DNA of 64,000 nt from positions 7,192,001 through 7,256,000 of the forward strand of contig NC_135907.1 of NCBI RefSeq assembly GCF_964194155.1. The letters run 5' to 3'. Both the position numbers and the translations under genes were made by a program. The notes under the pieces are model-generated. The model did not search any database and was not told the DNA's origin. It was given only the letters and a program-made list of their open reading frames with translations. Below are positions 50,645 through 64,000 of this stretch, piece after piece; the stretch's first letter is position 1, and the number at the start of each line of letters is the position of its first letter. The stretch comes from Cetorhinus maximus. Lineage: Eukaryota.

Positions 50645-51405
50645 TAAGAACATAAGAAATAGAGGGAATAGGTCCTTTGGCCCTTCAAGCCTGCTCTGCC
50701 TTACAATAAGATCATGGCTCATCTGATTGTGGCCTCAACTTGACTTTCCTGCCTGCCTGCCCCCTCCCCCCACCCCCTTAACCCGACTCCTTTACAGGTC
50801 AAAAACCTAGGCTCTGCTACGCTCTGCGATAGAAAATTCCAATGATTAATAACCCTCAGAGAAGAAGCTTCTCCTTATCTCCATCTTAAATGAGAGAACC
50901 CTTATTTTGAAAGTGTGCCCCGTAGTTCTAGATTGTCCCAAGAGAGGAAACATCGTCTCAGCATCTACCCTGTCAAGCCCCCTCAGAATCTTGTATGTTT
51001 CAATAAGATCACCTTGACCCTGCTCAACCTTTCCTCATAAGATATGGAATGTTGGCCTTGATTGCAAGGGAAATGGAGTATAAAAGTAGGGACACCTTGC
51101 TACAACAGTACAGGACATTGCTGAGTCCACACCTAGAGTACTATGTATAGCTTTGCTCTTATTTAAGAGGGATATACTTGTATTATAGGCAGTCCAGAGT
51201 ACGTTCACTAGGTTGATTTCTGGGATTAAAAATATTCAAGCCCAATTTAAGACAGATTTTTGATCTACAAAGGAGCCAAGGGTTAAGGGGGGACAGGCAG
51301 GAAAGTGGAGTTGAGGCCACAATCAGACCAGCCATGATTTATCGAATGGCAGAGCAGGCTCAAGTGGCTGAATGGCTTACTCCTATTCCTATTTCTTATG
51401 TTTTC
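50645..51405. mobile_element. Two CR1 3' fragments joined head-to-head (minus 50645-51040, plus 51040-51405)
   Basis: AAGAACATAAGAAATAG at left, CCTATTTCTTATGTT at right: inverted tails pointing outward. Confidence 0.75.
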
Positions 51406-51464
51406 ATGACCTCTGCTGATTCGTCAGTTATCACAGACACGTATGAGCCATCAGTGCCACTTAC

Positions 51465-51614
51465 CTGAATTAAGCTCAGTACTTTATCCTGCACTACAGT
51501 GGGTGGATTGTTCTTAGGCAGAATGGTTTTTACTAATACATCCTCCACAAAGTCCCGACTGGCCACCATAACATGGAATCGATGGCCACAGTTCTTCACA
51601 CAAGTCTCTAGAAC
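51465..51614 (-). CDS. TOM1: TOM1 coding exon 4 (VHS), [50 protein letters not shown]
   Basis: 150 bp, phase 0-0, AG / GTAAGT; hallmark VHS motif [13 protein letters not shown]. Confidence 0.95.
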
Positions 51615-54008
51615 CTTTATTAGATAAAACATTAGACAAATTCAAACTGAGAATATATTGATCCATTAAGCATGAATTTTAATAGCATCCTCTATTCTAA
51701 TTTTAACTTGACTATTGTGGTTTACAATTGTGACTGGGCTGCAAACATGCACAAAGGGAAAAGTGATAGCGCAAATAGAAATATAGAAGTATGATCTGAT
51801 AGACATTACAGAGACATGGCTACAGGATGACATAGATTGGGACCTGAATATTGAATTCATATGTGACTTTTAGGAAGGACAGGAAGTTAGGAAAAGGTGG
51901 AGGGGTGGCTCTGTTATTTAACGATGGTATTAGCATATTAGAGAAAGTTGACCTAAGTTCAGGAAGCCAGGATGTAGAGACGGTTTAGGTTGAAATGAGA
52001 AATGATAAAAGCAAGGAGTCGCTTGTGGGAGTGTTGTACAGGCCCCTTAATTGTAACTACACAGCAGGACAAGTATAAAAGAAGAGATAATGGGAGCTTG
52101 CCAGAAAGGTACAGCAATAATCATGGGAGATTATTTAATCTACATATAGATTAGAAAAATCAGATGGGCGAAGGTAGCATAGATGAGGAGTTCATTGAAT
52201 GTTTTCGGGATAGTTTCTTAGACCAGCACGTTCTGGAGCCAACCAGAGAGCAGGCTATACTAGACACGGTGTTGAGCAACGAGATAGGGTTAATTGATAA
52301 CCTCCTAGTGAAGGCACCCCTAGGCAGCAGCAATCATAATATGATTGAATTTTTCATTCATTTTGAGGGAGAAACGAATGCGTCCAAGATGAGTATTTCA
52401 AACTTAAATAAGGGCAATTATGAGGGCATGAAAGCAGAGCTAGCTAAAGCGAACTGGCAGATGAGGTTAAGGGATATGTCTAAAAAAGTTTAGTAGCAGA
52501 CATTCAAAGAAATATTTCAGAATACACAGAATATATACATTCCAATGAGAAAGAAAAATTCTAAGGGGAGGGCCACCATCTGTGGTTAACTAAAACAGTT
52601 ATAGGCAGTATCAAACTTAAAGAAAAAGCAGATAATTACGTAAAGACGGGTGGCAGGTCAGAAGATTGGAAAGAATATGAAGAACAGCAAACAATGACAA
52701 AAAGATTAATAAGGAGGGAAAAATTAGAGTATGAGAGAAAGCTAGCTAGTAACGTAAAGATGGATAGTAAGAGTTTCTATAGATATTTAAACAAGAAAAG
52801 AGTTAACTATGTGAGTGTTGGTCCTATAGAAAGTGCATCTGGGGAATTGATAATAGAAAGTAGGGAGATAGCGGATGAATTAAACAGGTATTTTGCTTCG
52901 GTCTTCACTATAGAGGACACAAGTAACATCCCGGAAATAGCTGTAAATCAGGAAATGGAAGGGAGGAACTCGGGAAAATTAAAATCACCAGGGAAGTGGT
53001 ATTGAGCAAATTGTTGAGGCTGCGGGCTGACAAATCCCCAGGTCCAGATGGACTTCACCCTAAGGTCTTGAAAGAAAAGGCTAGTGAGATAGTTGCTGCA
53101 TTGTTTTTAATTATCCAAAATTCCCTAGATTCAGGGAAGGTTCCATTAGATTGAAAAATAGCAAATATAACTCCTTTATTCAAAAAGGGAGGGAGGCAGA
53201 AAGCAGGAAACTATAGGCCAGTTAGCCTAACATCTGTCATAGGGAAAATGTTAGAAGTTATTATTAAAGATTTTATAGCAGGGCACTTAGAAAAAATCAA
53301 GGCCATCAGGCAGAGTCAACATAGTTTTGTAAAAGGGAAATCATGTTTAACCAACTTACTGGAATTCTTTGAAGGAGTCACATGTGCTGTGGATAAAGGA
53401 GAATCAGTGGATGTACTGTCAATTTCCAGAAGGCATTTGATGAAGTGCCACATCAAAGATTATTGCAGAAAATAAAAGCTCATGGTGTAGGGGCTAATAT
53501 ATTGACATGGTTAGAAGATTGGCTAGCTAACAGGAAACAAAGAGTTGACATAAATGGGTCTTATTCTGGTTGGCAAGATGTGACAAGTGGTGCACCACAG
53601 AGATCAGTGCTGGGGCCTCAACTTTTTACAATTTATATCGATGTCTTGGATGAAAGAATGGTGGCTAAATTTGCTGACAACACAAAGATAGGTAGGAAAG
53701 TAAACTGTGAAGAGGATGTTAGGAGGCTGCAAAGTGACATGGATAGGTTAAGTGAGTGGGCAAAGATCTGGCAAATGGAGTACAATGTGGGAAAATGTGA
53801 AATCGTTCATTTTGGCAGGAAGAATAAAAAAGACTATCTAAATGGCGAGAGATGGCAGAACTCTTGAAATTCAGAGGAATCTGGGTATCCTAGTACATGA
53901 GTCACAAAAGGTTAGTATGCAGGTACAGCAGGTAATTAGGAAAGCTAATAGAATGTTATCATTTATTGTGAGGGGAATTAATTACAACGGTAGGGAGGTT
54001 ATGCTTCA

Positions 54009-54167
54009 AAAACAATAAATGCTGTAAAAACTCAGCAGGTCTGACAGCATCTGTGGAGAAAAAGACAGTTAATGTTTCGAGTCCGTATGACTCTTCCTCA
54101 GAGTTTTTCCAGCATTTATTGTTTTTGTTTCAGATTTCCAGCATCCGCAGTGTTTTGCCTTTATCTA
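54009..54167. mobile_element. Fold-back Penelope family B mini-insertion inside CR1
   Basis: 14-bp TSD GAGGTT(A/T)TGCTTCA at 53995-54008 and 54168-54181; inverted ends; hammerhead core on minus strand. Confidence 0.8.
54068..54101 (-). ncRNA. Minimal hammerhead ribozyme-like motif of a Penelope terminus
   Basis: CTGAGGA-A-GAGTC-ATACG-GACTC-GAAA-CATTAAC: CUGAnGA and GAAA boxes with a perfect 5-bp stem II. Confidence 0.55.
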
Positions 54168-55939
54168 GAGGTTTTGCTTCAGGTTTACAGGGCATTGGTG
54201 AGGCCACATCTGAAGGATTGTATACAGTACTGGTTTCCTTATTTAAACAAAGATGTAAATGCATTAGAAGCAGTTCAGAGAAGGTTTACCAGGCTAATAA
54301 CAGGAATGAGCAGGTTGTCTTGTGTCTGGGCAGGTTAGGCTTGTATCCACTGGAATTTAGAAGAGTAAGAGTCGACTTAATTGAAACCTTTCAGACCCTG
54401 AGGAGTCTTGACAGGGTGGATGTGGAGAGAATATTTCCTCTTGTGGGAGAACCTAGAAGGGGGGATTCACGGTTTAAAAATAAGGGGTCGCTCATTTAAG
54501 ACAGAGATGAGGAGAATTTTTTTCTCTTGAGGTTAGTGAGTCTTTGGAACTCTCTTCCTCAAAAGGCGGTGGAAGCAGAGTCTTTGAATATTTTTAAGGC
54601 AGAGCTAGATAGATTCTTGATTAACAAGGGAGTTAAAGGTTATTAGGGGTAGGTAGGAATGTGGAGCAGAGGTTACATTCAGATCAGCCATGATCTTAAT
54701 GAATGGTGGAGCAGGCTCGAGGGGCTGACTGGCCCACTCCTGCTCCTAATTCATATGTTCATAAGCAAGATATACGTTTCACTGTTATGTTGTTCATCAG
54801 ATCTTCAGAATGTCCCTCAAAAGAAGAGCTTTAAAATCAATAAATTACTTTTTGAACTTTTGATTTTACAAACAGCCCAAGGTGACTGGGAGGCACATTG
54901 CCCTCTGTACATAGTTCGGTTGCTCACATTCAGGCATTCATCCAGCTCACTTTTCAATGTCTGCAGCACAAGGATGCAACTTGTTCCGTTGGTTGATGAC
55001 TCGTGGAAAGAAGTACTTCCTGACATCTAACCTAATTCCATGCTTTATGGGACCTGATCTCCCGCTAACTTATCAAGCTCAAACAACCTGTCTACTTGGA
55101 CTGAATCTAATGCTTTCATTATTTTAACATCCACAATCAAATCTCCTCATGCCTACGCTTTCTAAAGTCAAAAAAAGCCCAGCTGTCTGTCAATCATGGT
55201 AACAAAGGGCCTTTTAAACTAGGTAAGGACCTCCTCAGAGCCTTTATCATACCTAAGTGACAACCATCATGTAAGGAAACCAAAACTAGGCACAATACTC
55301 TAAATAAGTCATAACCAAGGCTGTTGTCCAGAGACAGTGGCCCTACTATTAACGAGGATTCAAAGAGAGTGTGGGTGGAAAGCAGCAAGGCCAGGTGGGG
55401 GGGCGTGGAATCCGCTGACTGTAATGTCAGGATCGCGCTTGAATAATTTTGGGCTGACTCCTACCCAACAGCCAGCCAATCGGCTGTCTGGCTGGTGGAT
55501 GGGAGTGATATGTAGCAGAACGAGACCGCAGCCAGGGACACAAGGGCATGGCCCCTGAGAGCCAGAAGTTCTGTGCTGCAATCAGGAATGGGGATGCAAG
55601 GCTTAGTGATCGGGAACATGTTAGGAACTGGGAAGCACTCCTGCGCCTCCTGGCCCACAAGGAGTGTTTAAAAAGGGCAGGTCCTGTACTTGCCTTAGGC
55701 AGCCAGCTCCGCCTGTCTGGCATCTACCTCTGGGAATCCCCCAACTCAGGCCTCCTCAATCTACAGTTAAGTTTATATTGCACTGATGTCATCACTGGGC
55801 CGCAATCTTCGCATGTTCATTAGGCCCCCCTGCCTTTTGTGAAAGTCTCGATGGCTTGATTTGGTTTATCTTTTTACATTTAAATGGCAGGAGAATGAGG
55901 GTTGGATTGCTGGATCCCGATATTCTAATCCCAATGCCC

Positions 55940-56560
55940 CATGCTTCCATCCATCACAATTTCATCCAGCTAAATATGGAGATGACCAAAGCTATCATCT
56001 TCAAATTCCAGCCACATCCTCATTACTTTCCTGACCACAGTCTAGTGCTCCACCAGACTGTTTGCAACTTTAGCCCATGTACCACTGAAATCCTCAAGCA
56101 TGTCTTTGCTTGGAGCCAGCTACTCCAATACTCTCTTTGAAATGCTCCGATTCTCTACGGCTTGGTTTTAAGGTCGAGAAGGTTTTAAACTCTGCAGTCC
56201 TGCTTTACCATCAAGTCTATGCTTCCGATACTACATTGGCTCCCAGTCCCCAACTCCCTCAAATTTACGTCATCCATTTGCTCAAATCCTTTCCTGGTCT
56301 ATGTACCACCTCCAACTTGCTCCTGCACCATAACCCTCTCACCAAACTCTCCCTTTTTCTTACTTTGTCCTCAAATATTTCTTCCTTCTGCCCACTGTCT
56401 CTTCTGCCATTTAGGCTTCACTCTCTGGAATCCCCTCACTAAATCCTACCAGGCTCCACCTTCCTCAGCTCCTTTAAGGCCTTCCTCAAAACCTACCTGT
56501 TCGACCACACATTTTTGATCGTACTTTCTGATATTTTCTTTTTCAACTCAGCATCTAATC
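55940..56560 (+). mobile_element. Old L2-like LINE 3' fragment
   Basis: LHWLPV, LWNPL motifs; CCTTCCTCAAAACCTACCTGTTCGACC. Confidence 0.55.
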
Positions 56561-57252
56561 CTCCCTTGTACCGCTGCAGTCTGTACAAATTCAAAATAAA
56601 TGAGCTTCTAGTCACTAAATGAGAGACAGGTGCAAGATAGACCTAAATCTAACCTGCCTCCCTGAAATTATCAACTGCTGGATACTGCTTTGATCAATAG
56701 ATATTTTATTTCCTGAATTTATTTTATGAATAAAAGTGCCATCTGCCATGATTCAAGATTACAACAGATATTTTAAAAAGACAAAGGCAGTTATTTAATA
56801 ATAATGTTTGTTTCTGGTTCTTTAGTGTTGAGAGAATTGTAACGGGAAACTTCTTTCTCAAGCATGTTATGTGCTCAGTTGCTATCAGTAGTTGCTTAAC
56901 ATCTATTGAATTACCAGTACCTTCCAATGTACAAACTTCCTTCACCATGCAACAATATAACTTGTGACTGATATCAGGTTGACACTGTTTATAGCAGTTA
57001 GACTTTGGAGAATAGACCAACTGAAGTACAGTTCCATCTTAACATTAGAATGCAGTGTGTGTTACATGTATAATGATCCCAATATTACAAAACACTATCA
57101 TGCATGTTAGCAATTCTACTGTAGACCCACTTATAATATTACAAAGATGCAATATTACACAAGTCAACAGCACATAACATGCTTGCAAAAGTAGGTTCCA
57201 TTGCAGCATTCTTGTTACAAAAGAGCCCTGAAAGACAAATCACAAGACTAAC

Positions 57253-57331
57253 CGTTAGGCATAGCATCACCTCCCGAAAGTTTTTGTTTCCCGAAAGCCT
57301 CTTCCTCAAGGCCCTGATTGCATCCTTTGGT
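57253..57331 (-). CDS. TOM1: TOM1 coding exon 3 (VHS domain), [26 protein letters not shown]
   Basis: 79 bp; acceptor ..tttctcAG, donor GTTAGT; peptide and exon size match TOM1/TOM1L2 exon 3. Confidence 0.93.
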
Positions 57332-57839
57332 CTGAGAAACAAAACAGAAATCCATTTAAAATGAGGCAAAAAAAGCCCAACAGTTTACAAGACAGAATTG
57401 GCAGCAGGCTTTTAATTGTTGATTAAACATCCTATAAAAAATCCCTAAAAATTCAGTGAAGTTATCCAAAAATTAACTGAACCACAAGAGTCCAAGGAGG
57501 TCTCAAGTTTGATCCCCAGTGTTATGTAGGAATATGAACACTAAGTTTCAAACAATGCCTATCCAATGCAAGAAATATTGTATTCAAAAATTTTAATGTG
57601 CCATTTAATATAAGTCAAATGATCTCCTCCTTCCCCTCACTCCTGCCCCAAATCAACAATATTAGAACATTAGATCAAGATTTACTATCCCAGCCTAGAA
57701 TTTCAGATCTCGTGTCTAAGTTAGTTTGACTCACTATGTTCCACATAATCTGATCTTTAAGGCTGATTATTAACTAAGCTAGATCAGTCCCAGTAGGATC
57801 ATAGTGGAACACTGAGTGAAACACATGTCTCTTATTTTC

Positions 57840-57975
57840 CTGTTCTGAAGAAGTCATATTGGACTTGAAATGTTAATGTTATTTCTCACTCCACAGATGC
57901 TGCCAGACTTAGAGTTCTTCCAGCACTTTGTTTTTATTTCAGGTCTCCAGCATCCGCAGTATGTTGCTTTTATCT
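57840..57975 (+). mobile_element. Penelope family B terminal fragment
   Basis: CTGAAGAAGTCATATTGGACTTGAAA..CAGATGCTGCCAGAC..CCAGCATCCGCAGTA. Confidence 0.7.
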
Positions 57976-58394
57976 CTCGTTTGCCTGTTGGATGTCAGTC
58001 ATAGATGTATGAGCACTTTATTTGACTATATTTATAATAATCCAATTAATACAATTACAAGGTTCACTCTTGGGGATTACAAGGACAGTAATATTTATCA
58101 CAAATTAAGATCTACATTATAAAAGGCTCAACAGTAAACTTAGAAAGCAGCAATTCTCAACATTAGTTGGCATTGTCTAGTATAACAAAGTAATGTTCAA
58201 AGTCTAACATACAATACAGGCTAAATTCACTATCTAATTTTACCATAACATTGGTAGGCTTCTAGTGTTAATGTTATTATTATGTTGGTGTTAAGTGTTA
58301 ATGGATGATGTGTGATTTTCAGACTATCATTCACCTCATTCATCTCTCCTCCATCAAGATGCTTCTCAAACCTATCTCTTTCACTATCCTCTAC

Positions 58395-59340
58395 AGAGCA
58401 CTTTTAAGGTAGTAAAACGTTCTAAGTTACTTCACAGGAGGGTAAACAAAATACGACACTGAACCACCAAGGAAACATTAAGACAAGCGACAAGCCTAGT
58501 CAAAAGGAAATACTAAAGACAAATGACCAAAAGCTTGGTCAAAGTAGTAAGTTTTAAGGGGCATCTTAAAGGAGAGAGAGGTAGAGAGATTTAAAGAGGG
58601 AATTCCAGGGCTTAGGGCCAGGGGAGACAAAGGCATGGCCACCAATGGTGGAGCAAAGGAACTTGGGGATGCAGGGGCCAGAACTGGCGTGACTATCTCA
58701 AGAGTTGTAGGGTTGAAGAGGTTGCAGAAACGGGGAAGGGGAAGGTCATGGAGGGATTTGAAAGAAAGGATGAGAATTTTAAAGTGATGTTGCCAGACTG
58801 GGAGCTATTGTAGGTTAGCAAACACAGGTATAATGGGTGGACAGAGCATGGTGCGAACTAAGGTACAGACAGCCAGTGTGAATGAGTTCAAGTTTACGGA
58901 AAGTGTCAACGGGAGACCGGCAATGACAGCATTGGTGCAACCAAGTCAAGAGATAGCACAGGAATAGATTGAGAATTTCAGCAGATGAGCAGAGGGAGGA
59001 CAGAGACAGGCCATGTTACAGAGATCTTAGTAAAGGACTGAATATATGATCAGAAGCTTGGCTAAGGTTCAAGTAGGACAAGGTCATGAACAACCTTGTT
59101 CAGCCTCAGGTAGTGGCTAAGAATTGGAGTTTGCGGTGAGGCCCAAAGACAATGCTTTTGTCTTCCCATAATATAATTTGAAGATTCTCTCTATTCATCT
59201 AATACTGGATGTCAGACAAGCAGCATGACAAATCGGAAACAGAGGAGGGGTTGCGAGAGGTAGTAGTGAGGTAGAGATGGATATTGGTCAATGTACATAT
59301 GAAACCTGACACTATTTTCAGATGATATTGCCAAGGTATT
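58395..59340 (-). mobile_element. Old L2-like LINE fragment
   Basis: Reverse complement of the L2-like pieces; similar to window positions 1-220. Confidence 0.55.
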
Positions 59341-61467
59341 GTACTCCCCTCTCTCTCTCTCTGTGCCTAGAGCCACAAATGCTTGAATTAACTACTGTTG
59401 CTTTGAAGAGGACTTGGGACAAATTCTGCATTAACATCCTCAGGAATCCCTCTCCAACCTATGAAACTTCCATTTCATGCGCCCCCCTCCAATCCCCAAG
59501 TGAAAATGAAGAACACCAAAGTGTGGAAAAGCATCTGGCCACTCTTTGGCCCAGTGCACTACGGCAGCAATATTTCAGCTCCCAACCCATAGCATCAACA
59601 GGGGATTTCACATTGGTAATTACATTAACAATTTAGAGAGCTTTAAACTTTTAAATGATTGCACTTTTTTGAATGGACACGCGTGCATTTCCTTTGCTCC
59701 ACTAGAAGCCCTCTCACTCAGGCTCAAAATATTTTTGATTTTAGATCATCAATAATCAAATTATATAATCCAACTGAAGAAGTGCTACATTGTTGAAGGT
59801 GCCATCTCTTAAAATCAGACAAGTGGTCTTTGACACTCAGGATGAGCTGAAAATGATGAAAGGACCTTATTCCTTTTTTGACCTTAAAGTTGCATGGAAT
59901 CCTATCTTTAAAAGTACTGTTGTGATTCAATGCAGATGGCTCACAAAAGAAAGAGCATTTTGTAATTTTTTTAAAATACTCTGAGCTTGGTGTAAACTCT
60001 TAGAGTGATTTTACCTTCAGGGCTGTCTATACTTTTAGGGTACTTGAAATAAAGCACTTTTAATATTTATACAGATATTAAAATTCATAAAACATTAAAA
60101 AATATTTTAATGATTAATAGCAAACATTCTGCAGTGGGGATTAAAAACTCATGGCTTAAATTGGAAATTTAATGTTTCCCCAATCAATACAATAATACTT
60201 CAAAAGTAATACACAGAAGTTTTATTTAATGGGGACACACTAATGAGTGAGGAAATTGATGTATCTCATATTTTCCAATTAACTGGCTTGATGTTTATTT
60301 TGTTCACTTAGTCTTAAATCAATCAGCAGAGAATATTAATGATGCAAGTCAAAGACTAGTAATATCATACAGATTCTACAGCAGGCTGTTTTTCTTTTAT
60401 TAATTCATTAATGGGATGTGGGTATCACTGGCAAGTCCTGCATTTATTGTTCATCACTAATTACCATTGAGACGACAGTGTGGCTTGATTGGCCATTTCA
60501 GAAGGTAATTCTGTGGGTCTGGAAATATGTCACATAATTCAGACCAGGATAAGGACAGCAGACTTTCCCCCTCCCGCACCCCCAACACCGAAAAGACATT
60601 AGTGAACTAGCTGGATTTCACAACAATCCAGTAGTTTAATCACCATTATCAACGTTAACTTTTTATGCCAGGTGTATTTATTTAATTAGCTGAACTGAAA
60701 TCCCCTAGGTGCCGTGACCAGATTTAAATTCATGTCATTGGACGATTAGTCCAGACCTTGGATTGCTTGTACACTAACATAACCACTATGCTACAGTACC
60801 TAGTTAATGCCATATATTCTACAAACAGCCACATCTAGATCTCTGGAAGGGCCATGTATGGAAAGAATGCACAACTAGTTGCACTCACATGAATACTATG
60901 CTGTTCAACAACAAAGGGAACAGGGTGGCTTAGTTCTGCCACAAGACAGAAGCAATTCCACCCCAATGGAAGTTATAAACATCCATTATTGTCACAATAA
61001 CTATCAATCATCTAAAATCAAAAATCACATTTGTTCCTATTTTTGTCCCTGGGATTTTGCTGTGTACCAAATGGTTGCTGTGATATGGGTAAAACGTTGC
61101 AGTCAGAAAACCTCAAACTAATTCACCAGTGCTCTGAGATATTAAGGCACTAAGGCGCCAGATAAACATGTCCTCGTTTTTTATTCCCCAAAGAAAATAT
61201 AAAATGAATTCCGCAGTCAGCCGATGTAAATTTTGATATCTAATTGAATGCTGCACATCTAATAGAGCAAAGGAGCTTCACGTCTTGGCACAGTGTCAAC
61301 TGCAAGTCCTTAAATGTAATGCATTGTGGTTTCTAAATCCTTTTCTTTTTAGATACAGAAAATACTTTTTTTTTTCCCCAATCCTGGTTCAGGTAGTGTT
61401 CCTTAGGATTTAAGACAAAACATCGAAAACGCCCAGCTCAGATTGCATAATTGTTAAATTCAAAACA

Positions 61468-61565
61468 GTTTTATGATGGGCTAGATACAGCATGCATTAA
61501 TACAATGCCTTTAACAGCTTTATGATGGGCAGGATACAGCTTGCATTGATATAGTGCCTTTAACA
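61468..61565. repeat. About 49-bp imperfect tandem duplication
   Basis: TTTATGATGGGC..GATACAGC.TGCATT.ATA...TGCCTTTAACA occurs twice. Confidence 0.8.
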
Positions 61566-61711
61566 TGGAAAAAAATATCCCGAGTTGATTCACAGAAAAG
61601 AAAGAGGACACTCAGCCCTTGTGGGAGAATTCAGAGAGATGATTGAAAAGTTGAGTTTGGAGAAGATTTTAAAGAAAAGCAAAATGAGGAGCTTAGAGAC
61701 AGAGAGGCTTA

Positions 61712-62240
61712 CATAGTTACAAGGAGTCTATACAAGAGAAACAGGCCATTCCGCCCACAGGTCTATGCCAGTGTTTATGCGCCACAACTCACACTATCAG
61801 CATTTCCTTCCATGCCTTTCTCCATCAGGTGTTTATCCAACTTCCCCTTCAATGTATCTACGCTATTCACCACATATGGTGACAAGTTCAAATTCTAAAC
61901 ACCCTCTGGGTAAGGAAATTTCTACTGAATTACCTATTGGATTTCATTAATGACCATCATTTATGACCTCTATTTTTGGTCTCTCTCACCAGTGATACCG
62001 TTTTCTCTCTGCGAACTCTATCAAACTCTTTCATAATCCTCAAGACCTATATAAGGTCACCCTCAGCCTTCTCTTTCCCAGAGGGAAAAAGAGCCCCAGT
62101 CCTGTTCAGTCTTTCCTGATAGTTATAATCTCAGAGTTCTGGTCCTCGATCTTTTGCATCGCCTCAAGTGTCTCCATATCATTTTTCTAATACGGAAAGC
62201 AGAACTGTGCTCCAATTGTGGTCTAACCAAGGTTCAATAG
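61712..62240 (-). mobile_element. CR1 3' fragment
   Basis: ACAGGCCATTCCGCCCAC tail; AGGTCACCCTCAGCCTTCTCTTTCC body. Confidence 0.65.
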
Positions 62241-63646
62241 GTACAAGGGCTAGCGAAAGTTGCGGATCCAGGGTGACAACTTAAAACATATAGATGGTGA
62301 TTTTCAATTCAGTGTTTTCAGGCACATGAAGTCAGTGAAGCGAGGGGCAGGGGAAGATAGAGAGAAGAGCAAGCAACAAAACTATAATTAGAGTAAGCTG
62401 TAGGTCAATATTGTGATGGGATAGGGAACAGAACTTCACACATGAAATATATTGGATAAGTAGAGTACAAATGCCAAGGACATGAGGAATGTGACAGATA
62501 TGTTCAACACATTTCGCAAACAATAAAACTTCAGGGTGTTTCCAACCTACATGCCTCAATTTTCCAAAAATACTCACACCCAATTCTGTCACCATAAATC
62601 TGAGTTAAACATACACATCACTTCATTTGCCAATCCCATTACAAACCACTATCATAATACGTTACTAAAATATAAACAGCAAGCAATGAGCATTTAAAAT
62701 TACATATTCACTACAGCTTAAAAATTGAATGCCAGGAGTTATTACATTTTTCTTAAATAAATTCAATGGTTCATTATTGAAAGGGTTAAGGGATCAAAAT
62801 AAGAAAGGCTAGAGCACATCTCAAGCTGCTGGTTACTGAAATGTAAAGGGCTAACTGGCCTTGTCAAAGTTACTTCACACAAGTCCTTTTTAAAAAGATG
62901 ACAGCAAAGTGCAGGTAATACATGCCAACCGGTCAGCATTTTCACCTTGTTTCCACTTGTTAGTCTTTTTCAAGTTACTATGCTAAGCTGAATTCATCCT
63001 ATAAAGCGCCCCAACAAAGTTGGTTCTGCACATGTGCACTTGATTCAATAGCTTCCATATTGCAAGTGCAGCAGGACTCAGATACACACCAGTCAAAGTT
63101 ACACACAAACACTTTGTGATGAGGTCATTTGCTATCTCTGTCAAGCTCTGTGCTGCTCTTCCTTTCGCTGGCTGAATGCATTGGTTCTGATCAATGGGTT
63201 GTAGCCATAAGGTCAGTGTTGGGTCCTATCCCTGCTTTCAATGGATCATGGAGTCAAGGTTCAGAGGAGAACTAGGTGCCAGCATTTTATAGGGCTACAT
63301 GAATTTCAGGGAGAAATTTTTTCTAATCTCAGCAGTGCTTTAGTTCTGTTTCAGTGAAAAAGATGTTTACTCAAACAAGCAGTGCGTTTGTCATTCCACT
63401 GTCTCTCCTGAGGTGACACTGCCTGGATTCTAGTCTCAATGCAGGGTATGGGAGAGATTGAACTTGTAATGATCATTTGTTTCTACTCAATTATATGTGA
63501 ATTCAGGGACCAGCAAGTTATTGAATTCATTCCTGGAGAAATGTTCTCATATGAAAATAACAAACAGGTCATGGAGCAAACTGCATCATAGTTTTGGAAA
63601 ATACTTAAAACCTGTTACCGGTTTTTTTTTTTGCGGTTGCACCCTC

Positions 63647-64000
63647 TGTCATGAAGCTATTATGTATATAATGTTATTGGAATTTTTTTTATAGAGGTTT
63701 AATCTGTGTGTGTGTTAACTGGATTAAAGCTAGCTAGTCTGGATGCTTTGATGTATAGTAGTTTTGAGATGTACACAGAGGTAGAGGTACATTTGCATTT
63801 TGTTGAATAGAGCATTCAAGAGTGGGAGTGAAATCTTGCACCTAGCTAGGAGACACCAAGCAATGTTTATATTAATAAAAATTGGTACTATGAAAGGAGT
63901 TCAAAGGGCCTGTGATACAATGAGAATTTACATTCAAAGAGAAGTCCTGGGTATAACAAAAAGCAGCTGTGTGTGTGAGGAGCAGAGGCATGTAACATCT
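63647..64000 (+). mobile_element. LTR family X copy 3, runs off window end
   Basis: Starts TGTCATGAAGCTATTA; highly similar to 30899-31270. Confidence 0.75.

Larger units (their letters stand above)
51765..54762 (+). mobile_element. Near-complete CR1 ORF2 (AP endonuclease + RT), frameshifted
   Basis: ITETWL, QHVLEPTREQAILD, PLGSSNHNMIEF, GKSCLTNLLEFFE, KFADNTKIG; 3' tail. Confidence 0.93.

Noticed and set aside
51765-54762. Active autonomous LINE
   Set aside because: Multiple stops and frameshifts, no ORF1, interrupted by a Penelope insert

Overview
Vertebrate genomic DNA, most likely a shark or other cartilaginous fish; this is inferred from the repeat content (CR1/HER1-type LINEs, Penelope elements, Deu-domain SINEs). 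The whole window lies inside one minus-strand gene of the TOM1 family (VHS-GAT endosomal adaptor), best assigned as TOM1. I read 11 core coding exons with canonical GT-AG sites and consistent phases, equivalent to human exons 3-13. I did not find exons 1-2 or 14-15, which presumably lie outside the window. A 66-bp phase 0-0 cassette exon adds a second IxxW-type motif. The introns are mostly transposon debris: many CR1 and L2-like LINE fragments, Penelope-like elements with hammerhead-ribozyme cores and fold-back mini-insertions, a decayed full-length GalEa-type Ty1/copia element, solo LTRs, SINEs, and a hAT MITE carrying a 20-bp minisatellite. The 22-kb intron 11 also holds an intronless FBP1-like pseudogene fragment and the most notable feature: a non-repetitive same-strand ORF encoding a transmembrane helix plus a short tail with an N-glycosylation sequon. 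This ORF can splice in frame to TOM1 exon 11, so it is a candidate membrane-anchored TOM1 isoform or a nested microprotein. Repeat boundaries are approximate unless a target-site duplication (TSD) is quoted. Protein comparisons are from memory, not database searches.
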